Below, in pieces: positions 8,215 through 18,063 of a DNA stretch of 64,000 nt. The DNA comes from a virus. Position 1 is the first letter of the stretch; each line of letters opens with the position of its first letter. The translations under genes were made by a program, and so were the position numbers. Below the pieces are notes generated by a model. The model was not told the origin of the DNA. It was given only the letters and a program-made list of their open reading frames with translations, and did not search any database. The DNA lies in IMG/VR virus record IMGVR_UViG_3300006735_000013, positions 95,579 to 159,578 of that record. One strand, written 5' to 3'.

Positions 8215-8511
8215 TCAGTTATAATCTATCTTGATTCCATGGTCATCAAAAACGGCGTCAAAGACGTAACTAACTAACGAGCCAAGACAACCAAGAAATA
8301 ACCCTGTAACAAAAGAATAATCAAAAGTAAATAGTGTGGTAAAAGCGTTTACAGACCACAAAAATAATCCAACCCAAAAGCCGGTGCACATAGAACAAGA
8401 GAAGAGTTGCCCAAACCATCCGGATGTGGGCCTTATCTTTTCGAATATTTTACCGTAGACTAAAATTTGTGTCATACCAGCAGCAATAAGACTAAAATAG
8501 AGTAAGTGCAC
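8215..8511 (-). CDS. DUF1360-like membrane protein
   Basis: Three hydrophobic segments; 'GQLFSCSMCTGFWVG' CxxC-xxxW motif. Confidence 0.65.
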   Translation of the reverse strand: MHLLYFSLIAAGMTQILVYGKIFEKIRPTSGWFGQLFSCSMCTGFWVGLFLWSVNAFTTLFTFDYSFVTGLFLGCLGSLVSYVFDAVFDDHGIKIDYN

Positions 8512-9056
8512 TATTCCCCTTTTTCTTTTCGCTCTCTTACGAGAGAGTAATTGTACATAAACCCATATGGGCCGCGGGTGAAACCGTGTGATCCTTTCCG
8601 ATCGGAATGAGGCACGTCACCTAATTCTGTGGAATCTTCCGCGGAAGGGGTAAGTAGTGCTGTCAGCCTATCATCTTCAATTTTGCCTGTCTTCTTGAAA
8701 AATGGCTTTTCTTGGTTTAGATATTCACTAATGACATATAAGCATGCTTGGATAGAGTCCACACCTGGAACCTTTGATTCTGGGATTTTGCCCTCTAGGG
8801 ATCCGTGCACATTTCCCCCCCTAACAGATGAAACGTCAATGACGCCATGGCGCGAAAGGTACTGAAACATCCTATCTTGAGATTGATATGCTTTATCGCT
8901 CATGCCTTCTTTTGGGAACGACACGCACTTTTTCGCTTCGACTGAAAGGAATATGTCTATATCTTCGTGGTCGAAGATCAAGATATTTCCGTCCAACGTT
9001 CTTCTAGCTTTTAGGGAGATTCTGGGATCTCTTTCAATATCAACTGTTATTGTCAT
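8511..9056 (-). CDS. Hypothetical protein
   Basis: 181-aa ORF overlapping its neighbours in the head operon. Confidence 0.75.
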   Translation of the reverse strand: MTITVDIERDPRISLKARRTLDGNILIFDHEDIDIFLSVEAKKCVSFPKEGMSDKAYQSQDRMFQYLSRHGVIDVSSVRGGNVHGSLEGKIPESKVPGVDSIQACLYVISEYLNQEKPFFKKTGKIEDDRLTALLTPSAEDSTELGDVPHSDRKGSHGFTRGPYGFMYNYSLVRERKEKGE

Positions 9057-9879
9057 CTTCTGATATCTCTTCTAGTAGGTCTTGCGTTTTAAGTACAACC
9101 TCAATCAGATCGAGATCCACTTCCTTTTCTTTGTACGATTCAAGTATAGAGTATACCTTATCTATTTTGATTTTTAAATCATTATCGCTTATAATATCTT
9201 CATCACTTTTACACTCTAAAAGTTGATCTTTGAGTGTGCTAACTTCTTCATTTAGGTAATACTTTAGCTCTATGCCATTGTCAGAAAAAGAAGATATATA
9301 TTTTTGCAGAAGGCTTCTCTGGTTTTCGCTCAGTTTGCTTGAATATTCTTCGTTAAATTTACTTACAAACGTACCATAAATAATATTATCCATGGGCTGT
9401 TGCTCTTCTTTGATTGCTTCACAAGACTCAGACATTTGCTCTATGATATTCTCTTCTAATAGGACTCTGTCTTTTACTGGAAGTGTTTCTTGAAATATAG
9501 AATAAACAGTGGCTATATTCTTATAGTTTGGCACAAAGGTGTTATAGAGATCTTTAGAGAGCGTTTTGTTTATCTTGTTTATAAGTGCTGACTGTTCTCG
9601 GAAGATGTTCTTCTTATCTAGGACTTGATAATTTTTCTTTGCCTCAACAACAATCTTTTCTGCTAGACGCTTCTCTATATCCCTTGTTTCGTAAACGCTT
9701 TTGTACAAGCCAAGCTCTTTGTTCAACTCGGTTCCTTTTGCAAAGTGCTCCTTCATAATTGATACAATCTTCATTTGTTTGTTTTTATTGTTCTTTACAA
9801 TACATTTAGTCAACTCTCGGACGAGGGCTTCATAAACAAATGCTGTATTTCTCTTTTTATTGTGTTTTAGTCTCATCAC
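9040..9879 (-). CDS. Hypothetical helical protein, possible prohead core component
   Basis: 'KHNKKRNTAFVYEALVRE' N-terminus; overlaps the portal end. Confidence 0.7.
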   Translation of the reverse strand: MMRLKHNKKRNTAFVYEALVRELTKCIVKNNKNKQMKIVSIMKEHFAKGTELNKELGLYKSVYETRDIEKRLAEKIVVEAKKNYQVLDKKNIFREQSALINKINKTLSKDLYNTFVPNYKNIATVYSIFQETLPVKDRVLLEENIIEQMSESCEAIKEEQQPMDNIIYGTFVSKFNEEYSSKLSENQRSLLQKYISSFSDNGIELKYYLNEEVSTLKDQLLECKSDEDIISDNDLKIKIDKVYSILESYKEKEVDLDLIEVVLKTQDLLEEISEDDNNS

Positions 9880-11914
9880 TATCTTTCCTTGAATCTTTGT
9901 CTAGGTTTTCAAACAAAACTTTTAACTCTTCTTGGTTTTTTAGAAGCTTCTCTTCCTCCTCCCTAGAATAAATAGTCAACTTACTCTCATAAACGCCAGT
10001 ACCTCTAACTAAGCTAGATAATTCTGAGGCGCCTGGAAAGTTTTTTCTCTTTGTTCCAAACTCTGGATTTGCCGCTCTGGCCATATTCTTCCTTCTAGGG
10101 CCAGAGGATTCTCTTCTGTCTCCCCCGGACCAATTCATTCGGGGCTCGTACCATCCATGAGATTTCTCAGTGGTTGTTTTTACTTTACCACCATCCCTTT
10201 TCATTCTGTGGCCTTTGTCATCTCTCTTGCCAGGGGGCGCCGCCAATAAGTCCCCTTCCTCTGGGCCGGCTGGTGTGTCGCCGCCGGCTGCGTCAGCTGC
10301 GGCGCCTACGTCACCTCCTCCGAGATCACCCAAACCACCTCCTTCGTCCGGAGCGGCGCCTATTTCTGGCTCTTGGCCAACGGTACCTGTGCCACCTGCA
10401 TCAGCGGCGCCGCCTAGATCGCCGCCTGGAGCAGTGGCTGCAGCTTGTTCTGCTTCTGCTGCAGTCTCTAGTGCTGCCTCAAACCTCCGATCATAGAACA
10501 TCTCTCGACGGTTCCTGATAAACTCTTCTTCCGATAAACCAAAAAGAGTCTTCGCGAGCCACTGTTTGGAGAAGAAGCCTTCCGTTGCAGAAGATGCTAT
10601 ATCAAATTTTGTTTTCCAGTGTTCAAGTTCTTGCATTTCTGCTATCTTCGAAGGGTTGTTGAGCTTCAGCTTGAAGCTAACCAAATCTTCCTCTCTGTAG
10701 CCTAGCGTGTACAAGTGTATTATTCCAATTTTTTCCAATTCAGATAAGACAGATCTTTGTAACCTTTGTACTGTTCTCGCAAACCTAATATCTTTTTGAG
10801 CCAAGGTCGTCTTATCCTCGGCGGCTTTTTCCGCGTCGGAAGTTAGATAAGATGCTGGAATCTTGAGTGCAGAGAACAGCTTGTCTCTCAAGTACTTTAC
10901 ATCGTCAATGTCGCCAGTATACTTTCCGCCGGCCAATGGTTCTATCTTTGTGCCACTCTGACCACCACGAACAGGAATAAAATAATCTTCTTCAACTGAA
11001 AGTGGGTTGTACCTCAAATCTACGCGTCCAGTGTCTGGGTCGACTACTTGATTCCTTTTCATCTGCGTCATCGCTTTCTGCATGTACTGTTCTATATCTT
11101 GTGGCGGTATGGCCCCGACGTCGATATAAAACACCCTTCTTTCTGGTGATCTGACTATTCTATATGCCATCATCGCATCTTCGATCAATGTCAGTTGGCG
11201 CCAGATGCGGCGTGAGGGTTCTAGGACCGATGTTCCATATGGGCTATACTTGTCGTTGCCAAGAACACGGAAGTGCCCTATTTGCCAATTTTCAAATGTC
11301 AAGCCGGCTGAGTTCCACTGATATTGTATGTAATTAGGGTTCTTCTTGTCTTCGCCTTCCAATCTTTCGACCTCTGCCGTAGGCAATCCGATGACACTAG
11401 TGATGCCAATAGACTGGTCTATATCTAGATATAGGAAATAATCCCCATACTTGCACATCGCGCGACACCAGGAGAAGAGGTTGTATTCTACGTTTATAAC
11501 GTCATAATATAGCGACTCAAGTAACAGCTTTATCTCTTCATTCTCACACTTTACGGAAAGTACCTTTTGGAGATCACTGTGTGTGGTCATTTCATCTGCA
11601 TAGATATCAAGGGCTGAGGCTATTTCTGGTGTGTACTCCATTTGGTCGAAGTCTACATACCTCTCAGCTCTTGCTTGGCTGGCCATGGCCTGGGCTTGTA
11701 AATTATCATAAGGGTTGTATGCTGTCTTTTTAAAATCTTTTCCCGAAGCTGACGTGAATTTACCAGAGTACTTGTCTAAGTCTATCCTTCGAAGTCTATG
11801 GTTTGTTTGAGTCCTATAATTGACGAGTGGGCCTGATAATAGCCTTGTTAACCTTCGAAACAATAAACTTTGGGAGTTACGAGGGTTATTTTTTATCTTC
11901 TTTTCTTTAGCCAT
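9857..11914 (-). CDS. gp20: Portal protein, T4 gp20 family
   Basis: 'PEIASALDIYADE', 'YGTSVLEP', 'QLTLIEDAMMAYRIVRSPERRVFYIDVG', 'EEDYFIPVRGG', 'DIDDVKYLRDKLFSALKIP'. Confidence 0.96.
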   Translation of the reverse strand: MAKEKKIKNNPRNSQSLLFRRLTRLLSGPLVNYRTQTNHRLRRIDLDKYSGKFTSASGKDFKKTAYNPYDNLQAQAMASQARAERYVDFDQMEYTPEIASALDIYADEMTTHSDLQKVLSVKCENEEIKLLLESLYYDVINVEYNLFSWCRAMCKYGDYFLYLDIDQSIGITSVIGLPTAEVERLEGEDKKNPNYIQYQWNSAGLTFENWQIGHFRVLGNDKYSPYGTSVLEPSRRIWRQLTLIEDAMMAYRIVRSPERRVFYIDVGAIPPQDIEQYMQKAMTQMKRNQVVDPDTGRVDLRYNPLSVEEDYFIPVRGGQSGTKIEPLAGGKYTGDIDDVKYLRDKLFSALKIPASYLTSDAEKAAEDKTTLAQKDIRFARTVQRLQRSVLSELEKIGIIHLYTLGYREEDLVSFKLKLNNPSKIAEMQELEHWKTKFDIASSATEGFFSKQWLAKTLFGLSEEEFIRNRREMFYDRRFEAALETAAEAEQAAATAPGGDLGGAADAGGTGTVGQEPEIGAAPDEGGGLGDLGGGDVGAAADAAGGDTPAGPEEGDLLAAPPGKRDDKGHRMKRDGGKVKTTTEKSHGWYEPRMNWSGGDRRESSGPRRKNMARAANPEFGTKRKNFPGASELSSLVRGTGVYESKLTIYSREEEEKLLKNQEELKVLFENLDKDSRKDSDETKTQ

Positions 11915-11917
11915 TTT

Positions 11918-13504
11918 CTATCCCTTGAACAGCCATGGAAACTGCTCTAATGCACTGGAGTGCTTTTTCATGCTTTCTTGAAATTTCTTGTTATTTGTGC
12001 CTATCATTCCATTTATCCTAGTGTCTATATGGTTAGCCTTTCTTGTTATAGCGCCTAGAAAGGCCTTATTATATTCCATATCTTTTTTGTTAGTATCCAA
12101 CACCGTGTCCAGAACCCAGCACCCAACGGCGCAGGCCATTATTAAATCATCGTTGTAAGATCTCATAGCTTCGGCGCGACCGTGATTCCAAACAAAAGTT
12201 TTCATCTCGCTCAATAGTCGAGAAGAATATATCTTAATTAGATTGTTTCTTATAAATTCTTCCATCTTTGCTATAATCAACGGCCTAGTCTTAGAGGTCA
12301 TAGAGAAACCAGCTACAGCATTGCTCATATTTTCCGCTCGGTATTCTTCTACAAATTCGTGAGTTGATTTTATAGAAAAATAAAGATTGGGATATTGGCT
12401 TTCTCTCAACTTGTCTAGCACTGCGAAACCCACTGCATTATTTTCTACGACCAATAATGCGTTTCCATATTCTAACCCAATATCATATAAAATTTTAGAA
12501 AAAACATCTGGAGTGCATTTTCCTTTATATTCTGCTACAATCTCCATATTACTTGCCTTGAATACTAGGGCAGAAGAGTAGTCTTTTCCATCTCCGCGCG
12601 CGACATCAGCTGATATGAAGTATTCCTCGCCCTCTTCTCTACCCTGCCATATCCACAAGTTCCTATCAAAGCCTGTTTTGTACTTTGGTTCCGTACACAT
12701 ATTAAGATATGTCTCTAGGTCTTCCGGCGAGAATACAGTCTCTCCAGACATATTAAAGTTACACTCAAGCTCTTGAGCTATTTCGCGGCGCGACATGTTT
12801 CGAGTTTCTTTTTCAAACCATTCTTGGTCGCGGTCGGGATGTACGCCCCAAGGTAGAACCACTGGGTGGAAATCATTCGTACCCGAGTCGGCCTCAGTGT
12901 ATATCTTGTGAAACCAGTTACCGACGCCATTTGGAGTAGATAGTGCGATGCAGCGGCCGCCAGTAGATAATGTAGGGTACAGACCCATCCACAGCTCATC
13001 AAGACCTTCGACGTGTGCTGCTTCGTCAATAACAAGAAGAGATAGCGCCTCGGAGCGGCCGGCATCTCCGGAAGTGGAGCTTGCTTTTATTTGCGATCCA
13101 TTTGAGAGTACAAAGCTTGTTCTATTGTCTATGTCTACGTTAGATATTCTCAGCCACTCTGGTAAGTTTCTTATAATTGCTTTCACTTTCTTTACTAAAT
13201 TTGCCGCTGTATTGAATTTGGTGGCAATAACCAGGACATTCTTTTCTCTATGAAACATCATCAGCCAAGCTACATAAGCGGCTGTAATTGTAGATATTCC
13301 CAACTGTCGAGCCTTGAGAATCACATTGAAGCGATAGTCTTCAAAGTCTTCTAGTAAGTCTTTTTGAAAATTGTAAAGATGAAAAGGTATTAGACCGCGT
13401 TGAGGATGTGTTATTTTTGCATAGGTATTGATGAAATAATCGGGCGTCTTTCCACACTTGACTATCTCTTTCATTATTTCCTTCTTAGATAAGGAAAAAG
13501 ACAT
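11918..13504 (-). CDS. gp17: Terminase large subunit, T4 gp17 family
   Basis: Walker A 'LKARQLGIST', Walker B 'LLVIDEAAH', 'LSTPNG', nuclease motifs 'ISADVARG' and 'YNDDLIMA'. Confidence 0.96.
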   Translation of the reverse strand: MSFSLSKKEIMKEIVKCGKTPDYFINTYAKITHPQRGLIPFHLYNFQKDLLEDFEDYRFNVILKARQLGISTITAAYVAWLMMFHREKNVLVIATKFNTAANLVKKVKAIIRNLPEWLRISNVDIDNRTSFVLSNGSQIKASSTSGDAGRSEALSLLVIDEAAHVEGLDELWMGLYPTLSTGGRCIALSTPNGVGNWFHKIYTEADSGTNDFHPVVLPWGVHPDRDQEWFEKETRNMSRREIAQELECNFNMSGETVFSPEDLETYLNMCTEPKYKTGFDRNLWIWQGREEGEEYFISADVARGDGKDYSSALVFKASNMEIVAEYKGKCTPDVFSKILYDIGLEYGNALLVVENNAVGFAVLDKLRESQYPNLYFSIKSTHEFVEEYRAENMSNAVAGFSMTSKTRPLIIAKMEEFIRNNLIKIYSSRLLSEMKTFVWNHGRAEAMRSYNDDLIMACAVGCWVLDTVLDTNKKDMEYNKAFLGAITRKANHIDTRINGMIGTNNKKFQESMKKHSSALEQFPWLFKG

Positions 13505-13505
13505 A

Positions 13506-14021
13506 CTAGCTCTTTATTTTTTCGTTTGATGGACGTTTGCCGCCAAGCCCACTCAGTGCCACCATCTTTTCATATGCCGGATCTATTTCCCTTTCAGGCT
13601 CAACCGGGATTCCTCCGATCTTATAACATTTATGAACCTTAACGCTGCAGCGGATTCTAGAAATATATTCCACTAAGACATCCACTTCACTTGGGTCAGA
13701 AAGAGATAGGGATCCTTTTGTCACTTTTCCAAATTCTTTTTGTATAAAAGATTTTACCTTTTCCACCATTGACTCCATTTCAGATTCAAAGCCATTTGAG
13801 TGGACCTCTTTTAGTGGAATCTCGCTGTGATATTTGATATGTAGGCGATTGCCCGATACGTATGCACCGAAACCATCCATGATTCGATGATCCAAAAGGG
13901 GATTCCCCTCCTCCCTTCTTAGACCGATTTTTACTGGTTCACCTTTTTCGTCTTGGGCACCATCATAAGAATTAGCAATTACTTGCGAGATTCCATTAAT
14001 AATTTCTAAAGTTGTAGCCAT
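13506..14021 (-). CDS. Hypothetical protein
   Basis: 171-aa ORF with GAGGT SD; ACTATTTA motif at 14041. Confidence 0.75.
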   Translation of the reverse strand: MATTLEIINGISQVIANSYDGAQDEKGEPVKIGLRREEGNPLLDHRIMDGFGAYVSGNRLHIKYHSEIPLKEVHSNGFESEMESMVEKVKSFIQKEFGKVTKGSLSLSDPSEVDVLVEYISRIRCSVKVHKCYKIGGIPVEPEREIDPAYEKMVALSGLGGKRPSNEKIKS

Positions 14022-14063
14022 TTGTTTTTTACCTCAAATATAAATAGTCTATAATATAAGTAG

Positions 14064-14438
14064 TTACTTATTTGGTCTCCATCCAGTTTTCCACCTATCC
14101 TCGCGATCTTCGACATACTGTATATAACAATCAAAACAGCACCCAAACTTAAACATATAGATATCGTCGTCTGACCTGAATGAATACTTATCGCAAACTG
14201 GGCAGGAGCGATCTTGGTTAGTCTTGTTCTTTTTTTGTTTTATGGTAAATCCGGAAGCGGACAGCAATTGCTCTTTCTCTTGGCCGTCGGTTTTTGAATA
14301 AAATTTCTTTAGGTCTTCAAGGTACTTCTCTTCCTTTTCTGTAGACCAAGAACTCTTGGGGTTCTTTATAGCATCTAAGCCATATTTATCTTTTATGGCT
14401 TTCTCGTATTTTGCAATCTTGTCATAGTCTTTGTTCAT
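14064..14438 (-). CDS. Hypothetical Zn-binding protein
   Basis: Start reassigned to MNKDYDK (ATGA overlap with upstream stop); CPVC...CCFDC. Confidence 0.7.
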   Translation of the reverse strand: MNKDYDKIAKYEKAIKDKYGLDAIKNPKSSWSTEKEEKYLEDLKKFYSKTDGQEKEQLLSASGFTIKQKKNKTNQDRSCPVCDKYSFRSDDDIYMFKFGCCFDCYIQYVEDREDRWKTGWRPNK

Positions 14439-14920
14439 TTTATTGCAAAAAAGATAGCCACAACAGTCAGGGCGCCAGAGACAAAGCCGCCGGTGGCCCA
14501 CCAAACGCTGTAATCGTTTGGTCTTTTGAGGGCCGTGGACGTCAACCTCTCTATTTCGTGGTCTTTTATAATATTTATCTCTTTGTGTTTTTGTCGAAGT
14601 GAATCGATACTCGCAGTGAGGCGCCCAATGTCAAATTCATATTTTGCCTTCTGCTTTTCGAGCCGGTACATGATGTCTAATTCACACTCAGCTTTGGCTC
14701 GAGCTGGGGCTGTAATCAAGATTGCATTTGCGTCAATATCGTAACAAAACGCTGGTCCTGGATCCAAACCCAGCCTTCTCAACAGATCTACGTCTCCGTC
14801 ATCTACATAAGTAAATGAAGCTGGTGGCAGGATTAGGTCTCCTATTTGTGGATCGGCCGCTGCAGCCTGGGGATTTACCATGCAAAAGGCCAACAAAAGT
14901 GATAAAAACTTACTTAACAT
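14435..14920 (-). CDS. Envelope protein, spanin-like candidate
   Basis: N-terminal signal 'MLSKFLSLLLAFC', coiled coil, C-terminal transmembrane helix. Confidence 0.45.
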   Translation of the reverse strand: MLSKFLSLLLAFCMVNPQAAAADPQIGDLILPPASFTYVDDGDVDLLRRLGLDPGPAFCYDIDANAILITAPARAKAECELDIMYRLEKQKAKYEFDIGRLTASIDSLRQKHKEINIIKDHEIERLTSTALKRPNDYSVWWATGGFVSGALTVVAIFFAIK

Positions 14921-15335
14921 ATTTTATACCAAATTCCTCTTCTATTCTTTTTATAATTTCATCCGGCTTTTTTCTTGTCTTTATTATAACATCTTTTACT
15001 TTTTCTTTTTGCAATTCTGTTAGTTTTTTTTGCTTTTCTTTGAAGGCCTCATCTAGTGCAGATACTGTACTCTCATATTCTCTAATAAGGTCCTCCCTTT
15101 TTAGGATCTCATCTTTGTGTAGTCTGTTTATAGTTTCAACTTGTTTTTTGTAGGAGTCTTTTTTCGTGCTTAGGACTTCTATAATCGCGTCTGTGTTTCT
15201 CCTCGAAAAGAGGTAAACAATTATTGACCACAAAATTATTGCTGGAAAATACCAGTAGGTCTTTATCCAGGCCCAAAATTTAGAAAAAAGAGCCTTGACT
15301 GCTAGAATACTCACTGCTTTGGCCCGTGCCGCCAT
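14910..15335 (-). CDS. Membrane-anchored coiled-coil protein, inner-spanin-like candidate
   Basis: One TM helix (YWYFPAIILWSIIVYLF) then charged coiled coil; start is probably 15335 (ATG) or 15314 (GTGA overlap). Confidence 0.5.
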   Translation of the reverse strand: MAARAKAVSILAVKALFSKFWAWIKTYWYFPAIILWSIIVYLFSRRNTDAIIEVLSTKKDSYKKQVETINRLHKDEILKREDLIREYESTVSALDEAFKEKQKKLTELQKEKVKDVIIKTRKKPDEIIKRIEEEFGIKYVK

Positions 15336-15511
15336 TGAGTCGCGAGATCTACGAGGGCTTGGGAACCAATATAAGCTAGTGTCACTGCGACCCAATCACT
15401 ACTGGTAACCATCCCATACACACAAAGTCCTGTCGCCGTCAACCAGGCTAAAAATTTACGAGATATAAATCTCTCTGTATATTTATCTGTAAATGCTTTT
15501 ATTGCTGTCAT
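15311..15511 (-). CDS. Putative holin
   Basis: 66 aa from ATG 15511 with AGGAGG SD; 'ISRKFL' then two short hydrophobic helices. Confidence 0.55.
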   Translation of the reverse strand: MTAIKAFTDKYTERFISRKFLAWLTATGLCVYGMVTSSDWVAVTLAYIGSQALVDLATQWRHGPKQ

Positions 15512-15522
15512 TATCAATCCTC

Positions 15523-18018
15523 CTATATGCTCACATGAGCAAAACCTTCTTTTCTTTCGATGTTTATCTGCATGTCGACACAATCCTTTAGGCTGTCTAA
15601 GTGTGAAATGAGGATCACCGTCTTAAAATACCCCTTTATCATGTCGAGAATTCGAACAAACCCTTCCATATTCTCTTCATCTAGTGCCGTGCCCGGCTCG
15701 TCTAATATAAATAGATCAGACTTCGGTAAATTTGAAACAGTCAAGAATGCTAAGCGGATGGCCATTGAGGCTATAGTTTTTTCAGCTCCTGAACCCATTT
15801 CCAAAGGTCTTGGTTCATGCTTTGCATGTTTGATAAATATGTCCAGCTTGTCTTCACTGTTCTGAATGAAAACTTCAAAGTCTACAATATTTGTAAGTAT
15901 CTTAGCTATTTCTTGATTTATATGAGGTAACCTTCGCTTGATTACCTCATATGACACACCATTAGGATGGCAACAAGTCATCAGCAGGTGGTAGGCTGCA
16001 AAGTTTTGTTCTAGATCTTTCTTTTCTTTTAGCTGAGATTTGGTATGTTTTAGTTTTTGTTCTAGCGATCCGTGTCTCTGGTGTAGTTTCATGATCTTGT
16101 TTTCACACCCTTCTATTGAAACCTCCTTCTCTCTAACTGCATTTTGCATCTGCTTTAGTTGAGAAAGTAATTGCTTCAAGTTTTCTATCGCTTCCTTATT
16201 CTGGTTGTATTCCTCGCTTTTATTCTTCAAGTTTTCGAGCTCGACTTGTTCCCGGAACAGCAGGGCGTCAGCTCGTTCAACAACAATCTTGGACGTAGCT
16301 ATTGCTGTAGCAATATCGCCCTTCTTTTGCACCAGCATATCGTATTTGTTTAAGTGATCTTCTACAATGCCGGGGTTCAAGTCTCTAATTTGTAGACCTA
16401 TGTTGTTGGTGGATACAGCATTCTCCTTCATCCTACTATCATATATCTGAATCAATTCACCAGCTTTGTGAGCATCCTTAATAAATTTACAAGATGGGTA
16501 TTTGCTACCACAGGGAACTTCAGACAACAGATCATGCCTCCTACTATACCTTGTTTTTTCATCTGAAAAGCCAGCCATCTCCTTTATCAGCTCACTCAAT
16601 TCACTTTTTTTATTATCTAAAATAATCTTCTTTTCCCTATAGGAAGATACCTCAAAACTATCCAAAAAGTCACTAATCTTTACAAATCTAACTTCATCTT
16701 CCTCTACTTGTCTCTGAGTTTTCAGCCTATTTGCATTGGCTTCTAGTATGATTCTTTCTTTTCTGTCAATTTCCTGCTGTGTCAACACCGGATCAATGAT
16801 CTCGGCCGGTACAGAGTCTATCTTTTCCGATAGTTGTTTTAAGCTTGTTGACAAATCTTGCAAATCTTCTCTCATGCACTTACATTCTGCCTTGTGTGTT
16901 TCAATGCCTAGTTCGCTTTTTGTGATGTCTAACTTGATCGATTTGATCTCTTTTTCAAAATCAGTGCCTTCGAGTCGTTTCAAGGCAACTTTTGTTGCTG
17001 CCGACTCCTCTTTTGCTATTTTGAATTTTTTATCAAAAATTTCCAAATCTAAAAACTTAGCTAAGAATTCTTTTCTCTTTGTTGATCCCTCATTGATGAA
17101 AGATAGAGAATCTATTTGGCTTGCCATTGAGGTAGCTAAAAAATCACCAAGTGTGCCGAAATACTTTCTAACATTTCTATCCGTATCCTGCCTTGATGTT
17201 CCGTTCAATTCCACAACAGTACCTGACATGTCTTTGCTATAAAATTCAAGATCAGTACTTGCTTCGAGTGTTTCTACACCTTTTAATCTTTTCTTATATT
17301 TTTCTGATGTTCTCTCTACCACATATTCTGTGTCATCTATTTTTATAGTTGCAGTGGCTTTACATAGAGGCATGTTCTGGTTTATGATATTTAGGTTTTT
17401 ACGAATAGATTTACTAGTTGAGTTATACATAGAATACAGAAGTGTGTCCACAATTGATGACTTTCCGGAATAATTCTTTCCAAAAATCCCCACAATGCCT
17501 TCCAGTTTGGTAAAATCAATAGAGTTGCCCAAACCATAATTGAAAAGGCTATCCCACTCTAGACTCTGTAGGGACCAATGGACGTTCCTCATCACATCCT
17601 CGTCCTCTTCAATACGCGTGTTATATTTCTTATTTAGATCGTATACCTTTTTCATTACCTCATCTGTAACGTCAAACTCCTTTAGGTATTCTGACATTAG
17701 ATCTTCTTGGGTCTTGAGGTCTCTCAGGTCCTGTTTTTTGATTCCTTCTGGTGCTTCAACTGTTATTTGCTTGCCGGCGGCGCGGTTCAAGTAAGTTACC
17801 GACTCCGGGTTGTAGCGGTATTTTACTACATCGACGGCTTTTCTAACTTTATCAAGAGTAACATTCTCGTTCGAGACTATACGCAAACGTGCACCAGAGG
17901 GCGGTTTTGCTCTAGGTAAGTTTCCTGATTTTGTTAGCTCTAAAGTGACAAAGGGTTTGGGGTTCTCAAAAGTGATAAGTCTATTGGTAAACTTGTCCTT
18001 ACTTTCAATATCCCACAA
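15523..18018 (-). CDS. sbcC: SbcD C-terminal part plus Rad50/SbcC (gp46-like) ATPase
   Basis: Walker A GKNYSGKSS, Q-loop SMASQ, coiled coils, signature GSGAEK, Walker B LFILDEP, H-loop ISH. Confidence 0.9.
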   Translation of the reverse strand: MWDIESKDKFTNRLITFENPKPFVTLELTKSGNLPRAKPPSGARLRIVSNENVTLDKVRKAVDVVKYRYNPESVTYLNRAAGKQITVEAPEGIKKQDLRDLKTQEDLMSEYLKEFDVTDEVMKKVYDLNKKYNTRIEEDEDVMRNVHWSLQSLEWDSLFNYGLGNSIDFTKLEGIVGIFGKNYSGKSSIVDTLLYSMYNSTSKSIRKNLNIINQNMPLCKATATIKIDDTEYVVERTSEKYKKRLKGVETLEASTDLEFYSKDMSGTVVELNGTSRQDTDRNVRKYFGTLGDFLATSMASQIDSLSFINEGSTKRKEFLAKFLDLEIFDKKFKIAKEESAATKVALKRLEGTDFEKEIKSIKLDITKSELGIETHKAECKCMREDLQDLSTSLKQLSEKIDSVPAEIIDPVLTQQEIDRKERIILEANANRLKTQRQVEEDEVRFVKISDFLDSFEVSSYREKKIILDNKKSELSELIKEMAGFSDEKTRYSRRHDLLSEVPCGSKYPSCKFIKDAHKAGELIQIYDSRMKENAVSTNNIGLQIRDLNPGIVEDHLNKYDMLVQKKGDIATAIATSKIVVERADALLFREQVELENLKNKSEEYNQNKEAIENLKQLLSQLKQMQNAVREKEVSIEGCENKIMKLHQRHGSLEQKLKHTKSQLKEKKDLEQNFAAYHLLMTCCHPNGVSYEVIKRRLPHINQEIAKILTNIVDFEVFIQNSEDKLDIFIKHAKHEPRPLEMGSGAEKTIASMAIRLAFLTVSNLPKSDLFILDEPGTALDEENMEGFVRILDMIKGYFKTVILISHLDSLKDCVDMQINIERKEGFAHVSI

Positions 18019-18063
18019 TAAGTAACCCTTATCTAATGATTCGCCGAAGTTTTGCTGGACTGT

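Noticed and set aside
9857-13504. Inteins or introns in portal and terminase
   Set aside because: Conserved motifs are contiguous; no splice-junction or homing-endonuclease motifs seen
14439-15583. Long N-terminal extensions given in the ORF track (starts 14504, 15395, 15583; also 43919 and 61597)
   Set aside because: They overlap upstream genes extensively; downstream starts with an SD or stop-start overlap fit better
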